Assembly: GCA_002633005.1 (NCBI GenBank)
Contig: NMRA01000133.1
Location: 347,385-411,384, forward strand
Length of the DNA stretch: 64,000 nt
Reading direction: 5' to 3'
Origin: Phoronis australis
Taxonomy: Eukaryota; Animalia; Phoronida
Position 1 is the first letter of the stretch, and each line of letters opens with the position of its first letter. This document shows, in pieces, positions 38,012 to 52,053 of this stretch. The position numbers and the translations under genes are program-made. The notes beneath the pieces were generated by a model. That model was not told the origin of the DNA. It did no database searches and saw only the letters and a program-made list of their open reading frames with translations.

Positions 38012-40339
38012 ATGTCGGTGAAAACGAAACTGTTGAAAGTTGTCCTTCTGGGCGATGGAGGCGTGGGAAAGAGCTCGTTGATGAATAGGTTCGTCAGCAA
38101 CAAGTTCGACGCGCAGTCATTCCACACGATTGGAGTCGAGTTTCTCACCAAGGATATTATTGTAGACAACCAAGAATATACACTGCAGGTGGGCTGGTGG
38201 ATAATTAATGTAAATTGTTATCCATAAAATACAAATCCCAAGTTATTATCATTCAGGTCATAACACAAGGTGAGGCGTAATTGTAACAACTTTAGGCACC
38301 TGTTGGCCCGAGTTATGCAATCGCTGAGCGTCAATAAAAAATTCTTTTGCATCGATGACATGAAGCATGTTCATATAGTTGTCCCTCTTCACGTCGGCCA
38401 GTGTGTTGAAACACTGTACTGTGGCTCTTACATAACTGTAGATTTGTGTTCGTAACGACGATACTGGTTGAGGGTGTGCTGTTTTGACAATTCCCAGGAC
38501 AGTTGAGTCGAACTTTTTATGGATTTGTGGTTTCTAAATGCGTTTGCACAATAAATGTTTTCATCATCATAATCACTTTGTTTCTAATGGTTTCCATGTC
38601 ACTTTCTTCTCAAAATATTGAATGTGTTCATAATAAGTAAACCTTATCTTACAAATCTTGCGATCTCCTATAAGGCTCTTTGAGTGAAGGAGATTGAAAA
38701 GCTCTACCCTGGCGTATCTATGTGGAATAGTTCTGCTTTATTCTTGTTGTGTTTCATGTTATCTGCTTGGTATATTTTTGGCTCGACTGTATTAGCAAGT
38801 GGTTAAACTCTTCTGTGTGTATGGACATAATGTTGTACATTATTGCTAACAAAAATAACTCTTGAAACATTGGAATAGATCACACAGACTTGAAATGTTG
38901 AGGCTGTGACAAAACATAGTCTTCTTAAGCATGTAGACATGAAACGCATTTAATTCAGGAAGTCTAATCTCAAGAAGTTATTTTAGATCTCTAGTTCCGC
39001 ATAAGACACATTTTCCGTTGGTATTGATCAGTTGTTGCTGTTTGAGTAGCTGGCAAGAAAATTCGTTTAATAAAAATAGGGCTGTCCCATATTACACACA
39101 GCGATAGAGCTCTCCTTTTTCCAGAGATAAGGAAGTGCGTGACCTCGTTTCGGAAATCAGACACATTTTCGTGTCTCTCATTGATGTCGGTAAGATAAAG
39201 AATTTCAGGTCACGCATCCATGAGTATTTGTCGAGTTTATCAAACTTCCTCACGTCGGAGTTGCAGTCCATGCCACAGTGGTAATACTTCGTCGACATTG
39301 GAAGGACGAATAGTGTAATGCAACCGAGAATAACTTGTAAAGAATGAGACAACAACAAATAACGTTAAACTCCAGTGCTACAATAACGAGGCAGTAAATG
39401 CGCCTGATGGATGTTTACTACACTGTGGGTAAATACTGCGAGATTCGAGTGTCGCTCTTGTAATCCGGAAGAGTCCTATTCTAATTTTACACTGTTCATT
39501 GGTTGGAGTTCACCAATACACTGTTCATTGGTTGGAGTTCACCAACTGCTTATGACTTGATTTGTCTCCTCCAACTTGATTTATTGTTTGTTAAAGGTAA
39601 TGCGCTTTAGACCTGACCTAGGTAGAGAAGCATGCAGTGTTCAAAATACATGGTGGCCTGGGGCCAGTGGATTTGCGGCGGATCCAGTGGATGTGGTCTC
39701 ATATTCAAGTAACTGGCAGGCCGGACCAGCTGAAGCTTGAACACTGGATGTATGGGGCTGTAAAGTTGCAGACAAAAATTTGGTCGTCAGTAAAGGTTTT
39801 GGTCAGATGACAGTGGCCCTAAACTTGGAAGTTTATTGAAATCAAGGTAGCATGTTTTTATTGACAAATTATTTGACGGTATATGTGATCTGTTTCAGGT
39901 ATGGGATACTGCGGGGCAGGAAAGGTTCAAAAGCCTACGAACACCATTCTATAGAGGGGCCGACTGTTGCCTGTTGACATTTGGAGTGGACGACTTACAA
40001 AGTTTTCACAATGTAGGAATGTGGATCAAAGAGTTTTTGTATTATGCGGACGTGCAGGACACAGACAATTTTCCGTTTGTGGTCATAGGCAACAAAATCG
40101 ACATTGAAAATCGAGCCGTGCAGAAAGTACAGGCAGAGGAGTGGTGTCGGCTCAATGGAGGTTTCCCGTATTACGAAACAAGTGCTAAAGACTCCACGAA
40201 TGTCGACTTGGCGTTCACCGAGGCAGTAAAGCGATTAGTCGAGCTCGAGGAAAAGATGGATCAAAAGGAGAAAGGTCAAGGGAGTGCGGTCGATCTCCGA
40301 CGGGCAAGGGGCAATAAGTCATCATCGTGTTGCACTTGA
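38012..40339 (+). CDS. RAB9: Ras-related small GTPase Rab9, about 205 aa, two coding exons
   Basis: Exons 38012-38188 and 39899-40339, GT-AG, phase 0. Motifs LLKVVLLGDGGVGKSSLMNRFV, FHTIGVEF, WDTAGQERFKSLRTPFYRG, GNKID, ETSAKD and a C-terminal CC prenylation motif (SSCCT). Confidence 0.95.
39078..39477 (-). mobile_element. Non-autonomous DNA element with THAP-domain remnant (ISL2EU/PHIS-like)
   Basis: Imperfect TIRs AGGGCTGTCC / GGAAGAGTCCT flanked by AT. Remnant MSTKYYHCGMDCNSD...FFILP resembles a THAP N-terminus; a second copy lies at 49996-50354. Confidence 0.6.
39488..39545. repeat. 29-bp tandem duplication
   Basis: TACACTGTTCATTGGTTGGAGTTCACCAA x2. Confidence 0.85.
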
Positions 40340-41062
40340 TCAATATAATCGGATTTTCTGGCAGACCCTGAATGTTTTGTTGTGGACTGTTGATTTGTGA
40401 TTACGTTTAAATCTTTAATATTCTTGGTAATGTTCTGGTCATCAAGACTGACTTGTTTTAATTTGTCATAGTGCTCTATCATTTTCGGGAGGATTAAACT
40501 TTGTCTTTAGTACACTGTAGTCTGGTTTTCTATTGATTCCTATTTCTTAATTGGAATGTCATGCCTTGGGGACCTGGTTGTACACTAATTGAGATTATGT
40601 CAACTGCTGTCCACCATACATTCGACCAATGTAAAGCACTTCTCTATAGTTTTTAAAATTTGACAAGTATTTTCTTGTCGTAAAACTGGCAAACTATCAG
40701 TGCAATCCATTTCACAAAGCATTGTAATTACATTTCAACTGATGTAGATGGTTGGCCTGCGAGTCACGATGCCGTAAAGATGAGCACGGAAATGACCTAC
40801 TAGATTTATAACTGGACTAGCCTCAGTTTCGAAATTGTTGTCATCTGGAGTTGAAACTAAACAAGATGTTTTTGTGATGAGCTAGTCAGGAAACTTAAAG
40901 TTGAAATTGTACCTGCACCAACACATTGTCCAAATGTCAAAAGTAAATGAAATGCACAGGCATCTGAGACATCGCTGATTTTATTAAACGTGAAACAAAG
41001 TGCAAATAAAACAACAAAAACAAAAATACCAGAAAAAAATTTAAACTCTGAGCCTTAGGCTT

Positions 41063-41879
41063 TTAAAGCTATGTAGGACACTAGGAAATGCGGCTAACTT
41101 CGGAACTCTATGCCTCAGAAATGGCTGATAGGATTCACTTGAAACTTTCAGATACTAAGTACGCTCTACGTACTGTTCTGCAAATGCTGTTGGGACTTAT
41201 TTTCAAAATTTCCATTTTATGAATATAAATAGGTAAATAAAACAACAAGAATGGATCAACTGAAATTTGAAATTTTCGGATGTAATAACTTCCTTTGTCA
41301 ACAGAAACAGAAACATAAAAAAATTTAAACTCTGTTTCTGTTTCTGTTGACAAAGGAAGTTATTACATCCGAAAATTTCAAATTTCAGTTGATCCATTCT
41401 TGTTGTTTTATTTACCTATTTATATTCTACATTTCGTGAAACAATAGTATCCTTGGGAGGATCTGGATCGCCTTTATATTTAGTTTCAGATTTATTTTCT
41501 ACATTTTATGAAGGGATGTAAAAAACAGGAATCCTATGCTTTTAATGGAAAAACTTCAAACTTGCATTAAATAAAATATCAATGACATCGTAATTTAGAA
41601 AACACTGATAGCATTTTTGAGATTTCATCTTGACTATCTACATCAAATGAAATGTCATGTTCATACAGTTTTTTTGCAGTGAACATTACTTAAATTACCT
41701 TTTCGCTAAAATTTTACTGAAAACATGGTCACATGACCCACATAGGTACAAAGTCAAAAACCAAATTATGCAGTCTTTCTATTTTCACAAAATATAAACT
41801 TTTACTGGTCGAAATCAATACTTTTGTAGAAATTTGGCTGAATGCAAAGCTTTGTCAATAAGGTTCTACATAACTTCAA
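41063..41879. mobile_element. Kolobok-like MITE, rearranged (contains the palindrome)
   Basis: TTAAAGCTATGTAGGAC ... GTTCTACATAACTTCAA termini and family-internal blocks. Confidence 0.6.
41221..41427. repeat. Perfect inverted repeat, 95-bp arms and 17-nt spacer
   Basis: 41221-41315 is the exact reverse complement of 41333-41427 by manual reading. Confidence 0.9.
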
Positions 41880-43745
41880 TAGCGCATCAAGAATTCGTTC
41901 GTTAAAACATAAGCAAACGAAAGGAGCAAATTGACACATGATAAATGAAAGAAGAGATTACAACTGCCTCCTACGATGAAATAAACATTTAAGACGGGGA
42001 TGAACTTTGAGATCATTTCAAATTTAGATAGCAGCCAAAAATTACCTGAACCTGAAAACAAATTGAATGTATAGTAATTCTACAAGCTAATTATTCACTT
42101 CTTCACGCAAAAACATTTGCCAAAAGTGTCATTTTTACGTTATTCTAACGCTGGTTACTTTACAAATAATGGAAAATTATCAAAAAAATATTTTATGATG
42201 TCACAGGACAAACCATGCTACCAATGTTCTTAATTTTCATTTTTGTGGAGAAACTTGACAAAACATAATTTCTGATGCTGGCCATATTGTGTGCTAATTA
42301 AGGGATGAATTACCCTATTTGACAAGCAGTCGACTACTGCCACCTGTGTTTTGTGGGTAACCTTTATGTGTTAAAAATCAAACGTGAAACATTCAATAGC
42401 TGGTGCTTATGAAGAAATCTTGAAACATCAGGATAGAGAGCATGAAATGGTTCATGAGCACGCGTTCCAGAGAAACGGATAACGATAATGCTAAAATTCT
42501 CCAAAATTTGGGACATCGACATTTAAGTTGAAATTGAAGTCTCTTGATTATGAGGATTGGGACATGGGCAATTCAGGCCTTCATTTTATTTCTCCAATTG
42601 TATCGACATAGTCTGAAAAAAGACTTGACCATTGATAGAATCATTGGAAGAATCATTGGAAATAGCCACCGACGCAATAGTTCCATGGCTCTCCACAGCA
42701 TGTAACATAGAGCTGTACTGATTACTTGTCATTGATCATAATTTTGGAATTTGGGAAGGCCAACATAGTCCATTTCTAAAATTTGATGCCATGAGCAAAT
42801 TAACTTATTTTTCACTGTCCAGAAAAGGAGATATTTCTACTGTACCCTTACAACACTAGCGCCACCAAGTGACTTCAAAGTTCCCCAAGGCAAACAATTA
42901 GCATCTCATAATCAAAAATGCAATCAACTATGAAACAAAAACTCACGCAAAAATAGGACTGTGCACTGGTACTCACTTACTGAAAAGACCCAATATTGAT
43001 ACTTTTAAGTTAATATGGTACTTTTATCTTTACTTGCAAAACTCTGGATGAGGAAATAAAATTTGAACGAAAGTTAGGTCAATTGATGCATGAACGATAG
43101 AACTGAAAAATTAGCAACCATCAACGAAATTTCTTTGGCAAAGTTAGAACGCATGATTTCAGCATTGGCTTAACTAGATAACAACATAAAAGTTTCTAAT
43201 GACAGATCCTAATAACCATCAACTGATGCGTGAAATGAAAATTAGCAACCACGAACAAAATTTTCCAAATTTCAACTACATGATTGTGTCCATTAGCTTG
43301 ACATATTCTTTATAGTCTTGACAATGAGAGCAACCTGATGAGATATGAGAATGAAAGAATACTGTTTTGGCTTCTTAGATAATATCTCAAAAAAGCCCAC
43401 AAGAGTTCTCCAAAAAGAGTGGCACAGTATCAGGCCACGTGGGAAACAGAAGCCACACAACTTTAAATGAATTTGAAAAAAATATTTGGCTTGGCCTATA
43501 TGATAACTTCTAATGAAATGTAGGGTGGAATTCAGTAACACTAGAACCTCACTAAAAAGCAAGACTTCCTGAGATAACGTGAGATATTGCCATTATTTTA
43601 AATGAGAACATGTGATTTTGGGTAGATTTTAGCAAGGACCTAGCATAGGTCCTAGCATTACTGAACTCTACCCAGATATCGTATGGTGCACACCCCAAAG
43701 GTTGTGGCTAGACCAATTGAAAAACATCTTGCAGCAACAATAAAG

Positions 43746-46700
43746 CTAACGATATCCACCCAACAAAATTGGCTTGGCCTTTTCCAAAATATCCAGCTCA
43801 GGATCCAGAGATCGTCCGAGTCCCTCCAGAACCATGATGGCAAGTATTATGGAGACAAAGTTACTTTGCATCTTCACTTTATGTGCCATCAGCAGGTGGA
43901 ATACTTTACTAAGGAGTTCACCCACTTGAAACTGAAAACGGCAAAAAGAAATATAAATGTTTTAAATCATAACATAATCATTATCCATAATAACCACATC
44001 TGATTCAGTAATTTGCCAACTACAGTCACAGTGTTAACACAAATGGCCACGTTTTTGAAACATGTCTGTTTGTCATGGTGCACAATTATAAATTACCTTT
44101 TGCTAAATACCAATTTCAATTCAAAATAATATTAATATCAGTTATGTCCAAATTGATACAGAGGTCTACAAACATCTGGATCACAATAGTAATGAGGGTA
44201 TCTTGGAGAAAAAATGTACTGTTGTAGATAAACCAATACAAAATGTAGTTGTAGATCAACCAATGCAAAATTGTACAAAGACCACACAAAATATTCATTT
44301 TCGCCAAAATAGTGATAAGCAGAAAAACTCTTTGTTTTTAAGATAACGCATATGCTAACTAAACAGCATCTGTCAATAAAATGTGAATGGAGGGGAGAGA
44401 ATGAGGGGGGGTGGGAGGGAGGGGGTGTGTGGATAGGGTAAGGGGAGTGAACATGGCAAGGGGGTGGGGGTGGAGGGAAGGAGGGAGAGAGGAAGGGAGT
44501 GTTGGCTACTTACCTTTCCAAGCATAAGTGACTCTTTTCTTGCTTCGTTCACAAGGTCTGCCATTTGACCTTTGAACTTGTCAATGTCTGCACACTCATT
44601 GTATTCACTGTGCTTCAACATCAGCTCAGCTACTGTGGCACCCTGACAATTAAGAAAGGTGCATTTTGCAGCTGACATCAACTATGAGTTTCAGCAAATG
44701 ACACTTTTCACATTCTCAAACTATCAGTCTAAATGAAGCATGAAAAAGTCGAAGAGAGAGCAAATCAAATATCATTCAAAAGGGCCACATCATATCTCGC
44801 GCAACAGGTACGCTCAACTCCACCAAAGGTGTCACTTGATAATCTAGTTGTAGTATAATATCTCTTAAAACAAATCAAGATTTGTGATGCAGTCTTTAAA
44901 TGAATAGCATATTGACGCCTTTAAACAAGCAATAACTTGTGGTAAGGCCCTCATTATAAATGCTAAACGGTTAAATTTTCAAAACTACTGTTAAAGACTT
45001 ACATCACCACAAACGACTGCAGTGAAGACTTTCTTAAAATTTCGCCTGTCCTCTTCCTCCAGCACGGTTGCTATGCCGACATCAAGAAAAACGAGCCGTA
45101 AAGGGCACTCTACTGGCTTTACATTCACAATGAGCGTGTCCAAGAGATCAACAACATTCAGCTTCACTTCCTCCTGAAAAATCAGACGTCACGTGACTTT
45201 TTGCAGGATAGCTCGAGAGGAAGACTATTTGGACTTCCAGGAATTCAAAACAACAATTTCTACAGACATCCCAATTTAATCTTGGAAAAGGTAAGATTGC
45301 AAGCACAACAAACCGATGTAATGCCGGAAATGCCAATGCTCTCATACAGACTAAATGCCAGTTACCAAGCCAATATGAATTGAAGATGTAAGTACCTGAA
45401 AACACACCATGCTGCCAAATTTGTCGAGGACTGATAAGTAAACCGGTAGTTTCTGAACAGCAGTAATTCCTAAAATAATCGAGCACACAATATGGCCGGA
45501 ATGTGAAGTTCTATTTAGTCAAATTTCTCCACAATAACAATCGAGAAAATTCAGTTCTATCTTTTGCATGGTTGGTATATGTTATAAAGCAAAAGTTGAG
45601 AATGCTGCATTCTGATTGGTCAGTTAAGCCGTCACTCAAAATCCTCGTGAAAGGTCAATTTATAGCAGTCACCTGTGGGCTGAACTGATCCACGTTCTGC
45701 ACCATGATGTTACCAGGGTGAAGGTCGCCATGGACTAAGTTATCAACAAACACCTGCAAACATTAATTATAAGTAAATAAATAACTATTCAAGAAGGAAT
45801 TCATATCGTTCATTTGCAAGCTTTCTTCGGTGACACTGGTTTGACTTAACATGCCTGACCAATCACACGATTCACAGGCACCTTTTATGAATTATGGCCT
45901 TCACAAGTTTTGAAATAGCTAACATACATAAAGTTGCATTTTGTGCTAGACTTTTTGATCTCTCAAAAAAGGAATGGCCCAAAGGAGGTCTTCACAAGTA
46001 ATTAGCTCTGTTATTAGAAGAAGAATTTGTAATACACCAGAGGCCTGTTCCTAAAAGCAAAATAATTAGAACAGAAAGGTAGCAGTGAAATCATGTGCTT
46101 TGCATGACGATATCACCCAAAGTCTTATGCAATCTCTTTGCTACTGAAGCCAAAATTTAACACAGAGAATTAAATATAACAAATGACGATTTCAGCAAGT
46201 AGTTCATTATGAAGCCGAAGACAGTTTACCACATACAACGGGGACGTCACATGCAACGGGGACGTCACATGCAACGGGGACGTCACATGCAACAGGGACG
46301 TCACATGCAACAGGGACGTCACATGCACCGGGGACGTCACATGCAACAGGGATGTCACATTCCAAACAAAACTTCAACTTCATTTACACTTCAGTTAAAG
46401 TTATTACTAAAAGTCTTTCATTGCAAAAAAAACAATTTATAATAAAAAACCACCATTTTCCTAAACATAATGGGAGGTGTTACAGAACTTCAAAAGAAAG
46501 GACATTGCTGGTGACCAGGCCCTATGAGTTGGCTTGTCACAGTGTGACAATGTATGTGCCAAGCATAGTCTCAACTGCCAATCCTTTGCAAAGCCAGAAA
46601 TCATTTCCCATTTGAGTATGAAACAAAGTGAGACCACTTTTGTCGCAGGAAATGGTCTAAATCAAAATACATTTGCCTAGACAGCATGCTGGTTAACATC

Positions 46701-49700
46701 TGTTTTAAGCAGAGTTAGTGCAATGATACCGTCATTCCAGAGACATCATAACGGCGACCTACCATCTTCAGAAGTGCGTCAATTCCAATGTTGGCCAGTT
46801 TACTACGGACGGCGACAACGTTCTCGACCTCAGTGTCCTCTCTCAAGAATGTAGAAATGGGCGTGGCCTCCTGAACAGAGAACTAACACTTGTAATGCCT
46901 TATAACATAACTAGGCCACGGGTCTAAATATTTTATTTGAAATCAAAAACTGTTCTTCGCATCTTCTATTCTTCTTTTGTGCTTACTAAGGGTGAGTGTC
47001 TGATATTCTATGATCAAGTACGCGATGACTTACATGAATAACTGTCTAATCTCAATGTGCACTTGATGACCCAAGTCTGAACTCGAAGTCTCAAGTTTTT
47101 ACTCAAGTTTGTAGCTCAAATGTAGAGGTCATCAAGTGCAAACATGGACTAGAAACTCATATGCATAAACCATTAATGTTCGTAAGCAGACTAATGAGCC
47201 GATTCATTTGACTTGCCTCCTCCACTAAAAAGAACAACATCTATGCATCAATAACCTTAACAGCTTGAATTATTTTTGCAATAACAGACACTTGTTTTGC
47301 ATAAGATGTGACGGACAAGTGAAATTTTATTTTGTCAAATTTTTCTTCAAAAGCTTAAAAATCACAAGAAAACTTTAGTTGATCATTAGCTTGGCAACTT
47401 TGTACTGCATGGATCTCATAAAACAGCATTTGTTAATTAGCATTTGTTAATTAGCCTTTGGTAATTAGCCTTTGGTAATTAGCATTTTGTAAAGATCTCA
47501 TTATTTGTAAGCAGCCTTTGAAAAATGACAATTTTAGCAAAAGAGAATTCCCGTACCTCCCATGTCTCCACCAGCACGTCTCTACGGATGTAAGGCCATA
47601 TAGGGCGAGGAAACTTGACAAAGGGAACGTTGTCAAAGTTGCTCGCAAACTTCTCGAGTTGAGCAGCCTCTTGTCTCAGATCCAACTACAAAGTAAAGGA
47701 ACGTGTTGAGGTATGCAGTACCCTACAAAAATGGAAAAATTTGGCTAACTTCGGAACATCATATCTCAGAAATGGTTGATTGGATTCAGAATAAACTTTC
47801 AGATATTATAGTTTATGCACTGCTCTCCAAAGTAATGTTGGGAATTGTTTATTGAATGTGCACGAGGGGCTATCAAAAATAATAATTTTAATAATTTTTA
47901 TGAAAGAAGTCTTAAGTTGCATGAAACGAAAAAATGAGATAATTTAGAAAAATTGTAACAGCTTTTTGAGACCTTATCTTGAACATTTCTTACGTCAAAT
48001 AAAAATTTGTCACGTTATTGATACTGTTGTTTTGCCATCAGCGGAACTTTCCTTTTCATTACATTTGACAAGAAAGACATTTTCAGAATATACATACTAA
48101 AACTAAGTTAAAATCTATAGTTTCGTAGATATTTGGCGAAATACACTGGTCAATAAGATCCTACATTGTACATAACCTTAAGTGAAAATTGACACAAGAA
48201 GTTAGATCTTAAACCGTTTCCCATTACTTAAGCAAAAATGTGTTTTTGAATTAAAAATCTGAATATCAACGAACAATAGTTTTTAAAAAGTTGATGAATT
48301 ACGTTGAAATTCATCTGCCTTCGTCAACGTTATTCGAAAAACTCTGAAGGAAAACCGACAAAAAATGACACTAAATCGTTTGAAAATCAGCCAAAAATTT
48401 ATGCACGTCACCTTGATTTCTCGAATTTTCGACTAGAAGAAATAACATCAACCCTTTTTTCGAAAACCACTGCCTTTAAGTACCTGTCCAAGCATAATGT
48501 GAGAGAACTCCTCTATACAGTCAGTGACACTCAGCCACCTCAAGCTGGGTACAGCAAACTCAATGATCCAGGCTACAGCCATGAGTAGACGCAGATCACG
48601 TGTCACAGTGGAATAAATACCAGGATGTAGTACCTGCGGAATATATGGGCAACGTGGACTTCAGTAAACAAGGAAAAGCACACAAAACATCAACCTATAA
48701 TCATTGACAAACTTGGCAAAAACTGAGTGGCTTCTCTAGGGTGAATCCTGTGTTCTTGTTTGATGTTTATTACAAAAAAATCAGTTTAATAATAATAAGA
48801 GTTAAGCCCAGACAGCACTACAAGGCAATATATCTGTGTTATTACTTATTGAATTAATTTTTTTTAAAAATTTGCCTGATCATTTTAAATGCAATGTACT
48901 TGACTTTGCACACAAGTACAAACTCTGAGCATTTTCTTAATTTCCAAGCAACCCAACATCAGCTTTGTGGCTATGCATGAATATAAAGAAAACGATACAA
49001 TTATCAACTTGTCCAGGAGAAAAAAAGTGTGGGCAACACGTCTCTACCAATTCCTCCGATAAGAGAATCCCTCAGGATATGATATCAATTTTGCATGATT
49101 TCGCTATCAGTACTAGTGGATGTAAATCCCAAAGCACTTCACTTCTTCACTTGACAAAAGTGCCATCGACACACAGACTTACCCATAAGTTAATCCTTAA
49201 ATGAATTGTCACTACGTTTAAGCGTTATCTATTTAAACTAGTGCAACTTGCCCCACTTGTGACAACTTACTCCACCAGAATCAAGGTGGAAGCACCACCT
49301 GCGTGGCTGTAAACCTGGGTCAAGGTGGACGTAATTATCAGCTGCGCTTACATACAGATAGGTCTTCTTTAGAGCTACGCATGAGCTGTTCATTGTCATG
49401 CAAAGAGCGACAACTTCCGCTTTACCCTAGTTATCAAATATATGAGTCTGTACGCTCCACTTAAAAGTGGGGTTAGTTACAATAGTGCAAGTTGTTCTAG
49501 GGTAGGCTGTGTGTGGACGAGACTTACTAGTACAAGTTGTTCTAAGGTAGGCCGTGTGCGGACGGGACTTACTAGCGCAAGTTGTTCTAGGGTAGGCTGT
49601 GTGTGGACGAGACTTACTAGTGCAAGTTGTTCTAAGGTAGGCTGTGTGTGGACGAGACTTACTAGTGCAAGTTGTTCTAAGGTAGGCTGTGTGAAGACGA

Positions 49701-52053
49701 GACTTACTAGTGCAAGTTGTTCTAGGGCAGGCTGTGTGTGGACGAGACTTACTAGTGCAAATTGTTCTGGGGTAGGCGGTGTGTGGACGAGACTAAGGAG
49801 AAAGTGCAAGACATGGGCACCGAGGGAATACACGCATACTTAAACAGCTTGGCAATTGAGTTTGTGTATTCTGTTGTTTGGCCTGTAATAACCTAAATGT
49901 TTTAACAGAGGTGACACTTCTGCTCTAAAACCAAGGGTCATTTTTGACATGTTATTTTAATTCACAGGGAAAGTCATGTAAAACCATATGTCAAATTACA
50001 CAGCGACACTCGAATCTCGTAGTATTTACCCGAGATGAACATTTGCTGCCTCATTTTCATGGCATTGGAGTTTCACATGTTCTTTGTTGTCTGATTCTTT
50101 ACAAGCTTTTTCTCGGTTGCATTACTCTGTTTGTGCTTCCAATACTAACAAAGTATTACTGTTGCGCTGTGGGCTGCAACTACGATGTGAGAAAGTTTGA
50201 TAAACTGGACTACCATGTGGATGTGTAATGTGAAATTTTTCACTTTCCCGACATCAGAGACACGAAAATGTGCTTGGTTTCCAAAAGAAGGTCAAGTGCT
50301 TTCTTATCTCTGAGACAAAGGAGAGTTCCATCGCCGTGTAATCTGGACTGCCCTATTACAGTGTACAGTGTGGGAAGGTTTCTAATGCTAAGCACGCAAT
50401 GCACTATGGATAACAAGGTGCATGTGACTTTCTTGAAAATTAACCGCATCGTGCGCGAAATGTCAACTGGAAGAGAAATGGTGGCTAAAATATAAACCAT
50501 AAGACATTAATAATAATAACAAATTATAGTTTTATCGTGACAGACCATCCTAAGTCGCCAGCACACCAATTGGAGATGGTCAAAATTCCGGAGCAAACCA
50601 CGGATTTTTGCTCAATGGACTATTTGTGATTTCAAGCCCTTACAAATTCAGCTGATGAGTTGCTTTTTAACATATTAACCTATATTCAAATTGGTGATAA
50701 CAGCGTGTGCAATTTGTATTCCATGAAGTTCCCAAGACTGCATCATGGCTATTTTACATTGTATAATTTGCGGTCAACATCAGAGAAAATGATGAAGCAA
50801 TATTTTGCATAGGCAACGTCAAACTTCTCGTCAATCACCTCTAAGTCACATCGGACTACACACCTTGACACAAACAGGAATAAGACCCTCAGTATCTTCC
50901 ACGTCCTTGCTGCCTTTGACTTCATTAGCGTCGTCACTGTCGTCCTCACTGCTCCCCCAGTTATGGAATTTGACAATCTCAAATGGGTCAACGTCAGTGT
51001 CATTTTCGTCCTGTTCTTCAAGAATTGTATTCAGTAGATCTTCATCTGGTATGGTGTCGGGCTTTATCCATGCTTTGTGAGCCTGTAAGATACAGGTAAT
51101 AGTCAAGGACACTTGATACTTGTTACGTAAGGGAAATCATTTACTAAAACGCCAGTATTCAGCTTCTTAAAATGGGTCAATGTTACTGCATGTGCATTCA
51201 TGAAGGAAATCAAATTATAATAGAATAAGTTAGAAGATTACGCAAATGTAAATTTCCGAGTATGCATATCAACATGTAGAGAAGCTATGACAACATAAAT
51301 CCTAATCACTTTCATATCAGATGCACTTTAGCTTTGAAAACCTCACAAGCACATGAAACAAACCTGAGCTACTGCTCCTGAGCCTTGCGGAACCCTGTTT
51401 ATCTTGACTAGAATGTCCCTCCAACGTCTGCCCCCAAACGCTCTCCTAAGACGCTGACGTGTGGACCCCCATCCATGGGCCGGCGCCCTTCTCTGTAACT
51501 GTGCCAATTGCTGACAGAAATCGTCTGGAAATAGGTCCCGTCTTGTGCTGACCCACTGACCTAGTTTTATAAATGTTGCCCCGGAACTCTCTACGGCCAA
51601 CCTAAAGAACTGGTACCAAAGATTTGTTGCCCGAGGCCCAAGATACGTGATTGGGTACAAGCAGAGTACAGGTGTGAAGGTTAGATACAGACGAATGGCA
51701 CGTAGAATTGTGAGAACAAATTCGATGAAACTTCTGGAAACGCGTCCTAAATAGGTAGATTCCTTCTGAGTAACTTTAGGTATGGGATGTATTCTGAAAA
51801 CCTGTTCTGGCACGGTAGTCAGTTCACATTCTGCTGGTAACAATCTCCATATGACAACACCACCGAATCCTGACGCAAATGAAAACTGTCTCAGACATTT
51901 CACAGACTTTATCCTCCACTGACGAGGTGATATAAATTGACAATAAAATGGCCGCCACTTGACCCGATTAAGGAAACATGAAGAGCACTTAGGACCATGC
52001 GAGACGAGAGTGAGCGTTCTCGCTAATGGCTGAAGCAACCTCAGTAAAGCCAT
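43746..52053 (-). CDS. ADCK2: aarF/ABC1 domain-containing atypical kinase 2 (mitochondrial), about 620 aa, nine coding exons
   Basis: Exons 52053-51364, 51082-50864, 48633-48484, 47685-47557, 46870-46763, 45753-45673, 45173-45003, 44642-44514, 43931-43746, all GT-AG. Motifs FIKLGQWVSTRRDLF, GSGAVAQ, VKVLHPG, LDLRQEA, HGDLHPGNI, LDVGI, LEGLGRSLDP; basic N-terminal targeting-like peptide. Confidence 0.92.
46230..46360. repeat. 18-bp minisatellite x7
   Basis: CACATGCAACRGGGACGT units in an ADCK2 intron. Confidence 0.92.
47706..48181. mobile_element. Kolobok-like MITE
   Basis: GGCTAACTTCGGAAC...TCAGAAATGGTTGATTGGATTC block; ends ACATAACCTTAA. Confidence 0.6.
49483..49795. repeat. 45-bp minisatellite x7
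   Basis: TAGTGCAAGTTGTTCTARGGTAGGCTGTGTGTGGACGAGACTTAC units in an ADCK2 intron. Confidence 0.92.
49996..50354 (+). mobile_element. Second copy of the THAP-remnant element
   Basis: Homologous to 39078-39477 in the opposite orientation; TKYYCCAVGCNYDVRKFDKLD...FFTFP. Confidence 0.6.

Noticed and set aside
39635-39746. Small CAGTGTTCAA-TIR MITE candidate
   Set aside because: The 10-bp TIR is present but there is no clean TSD and only one copy in the window.
46170-46442. HMQRGR-repeat ORF
   Set aside because: Translation of the 18-bp minisatellite.
49442-49843. 133-aa and 118-aa ORFs on both strands
   Set aside because: 45-bp tandem repeat within an ADCK2 intron.
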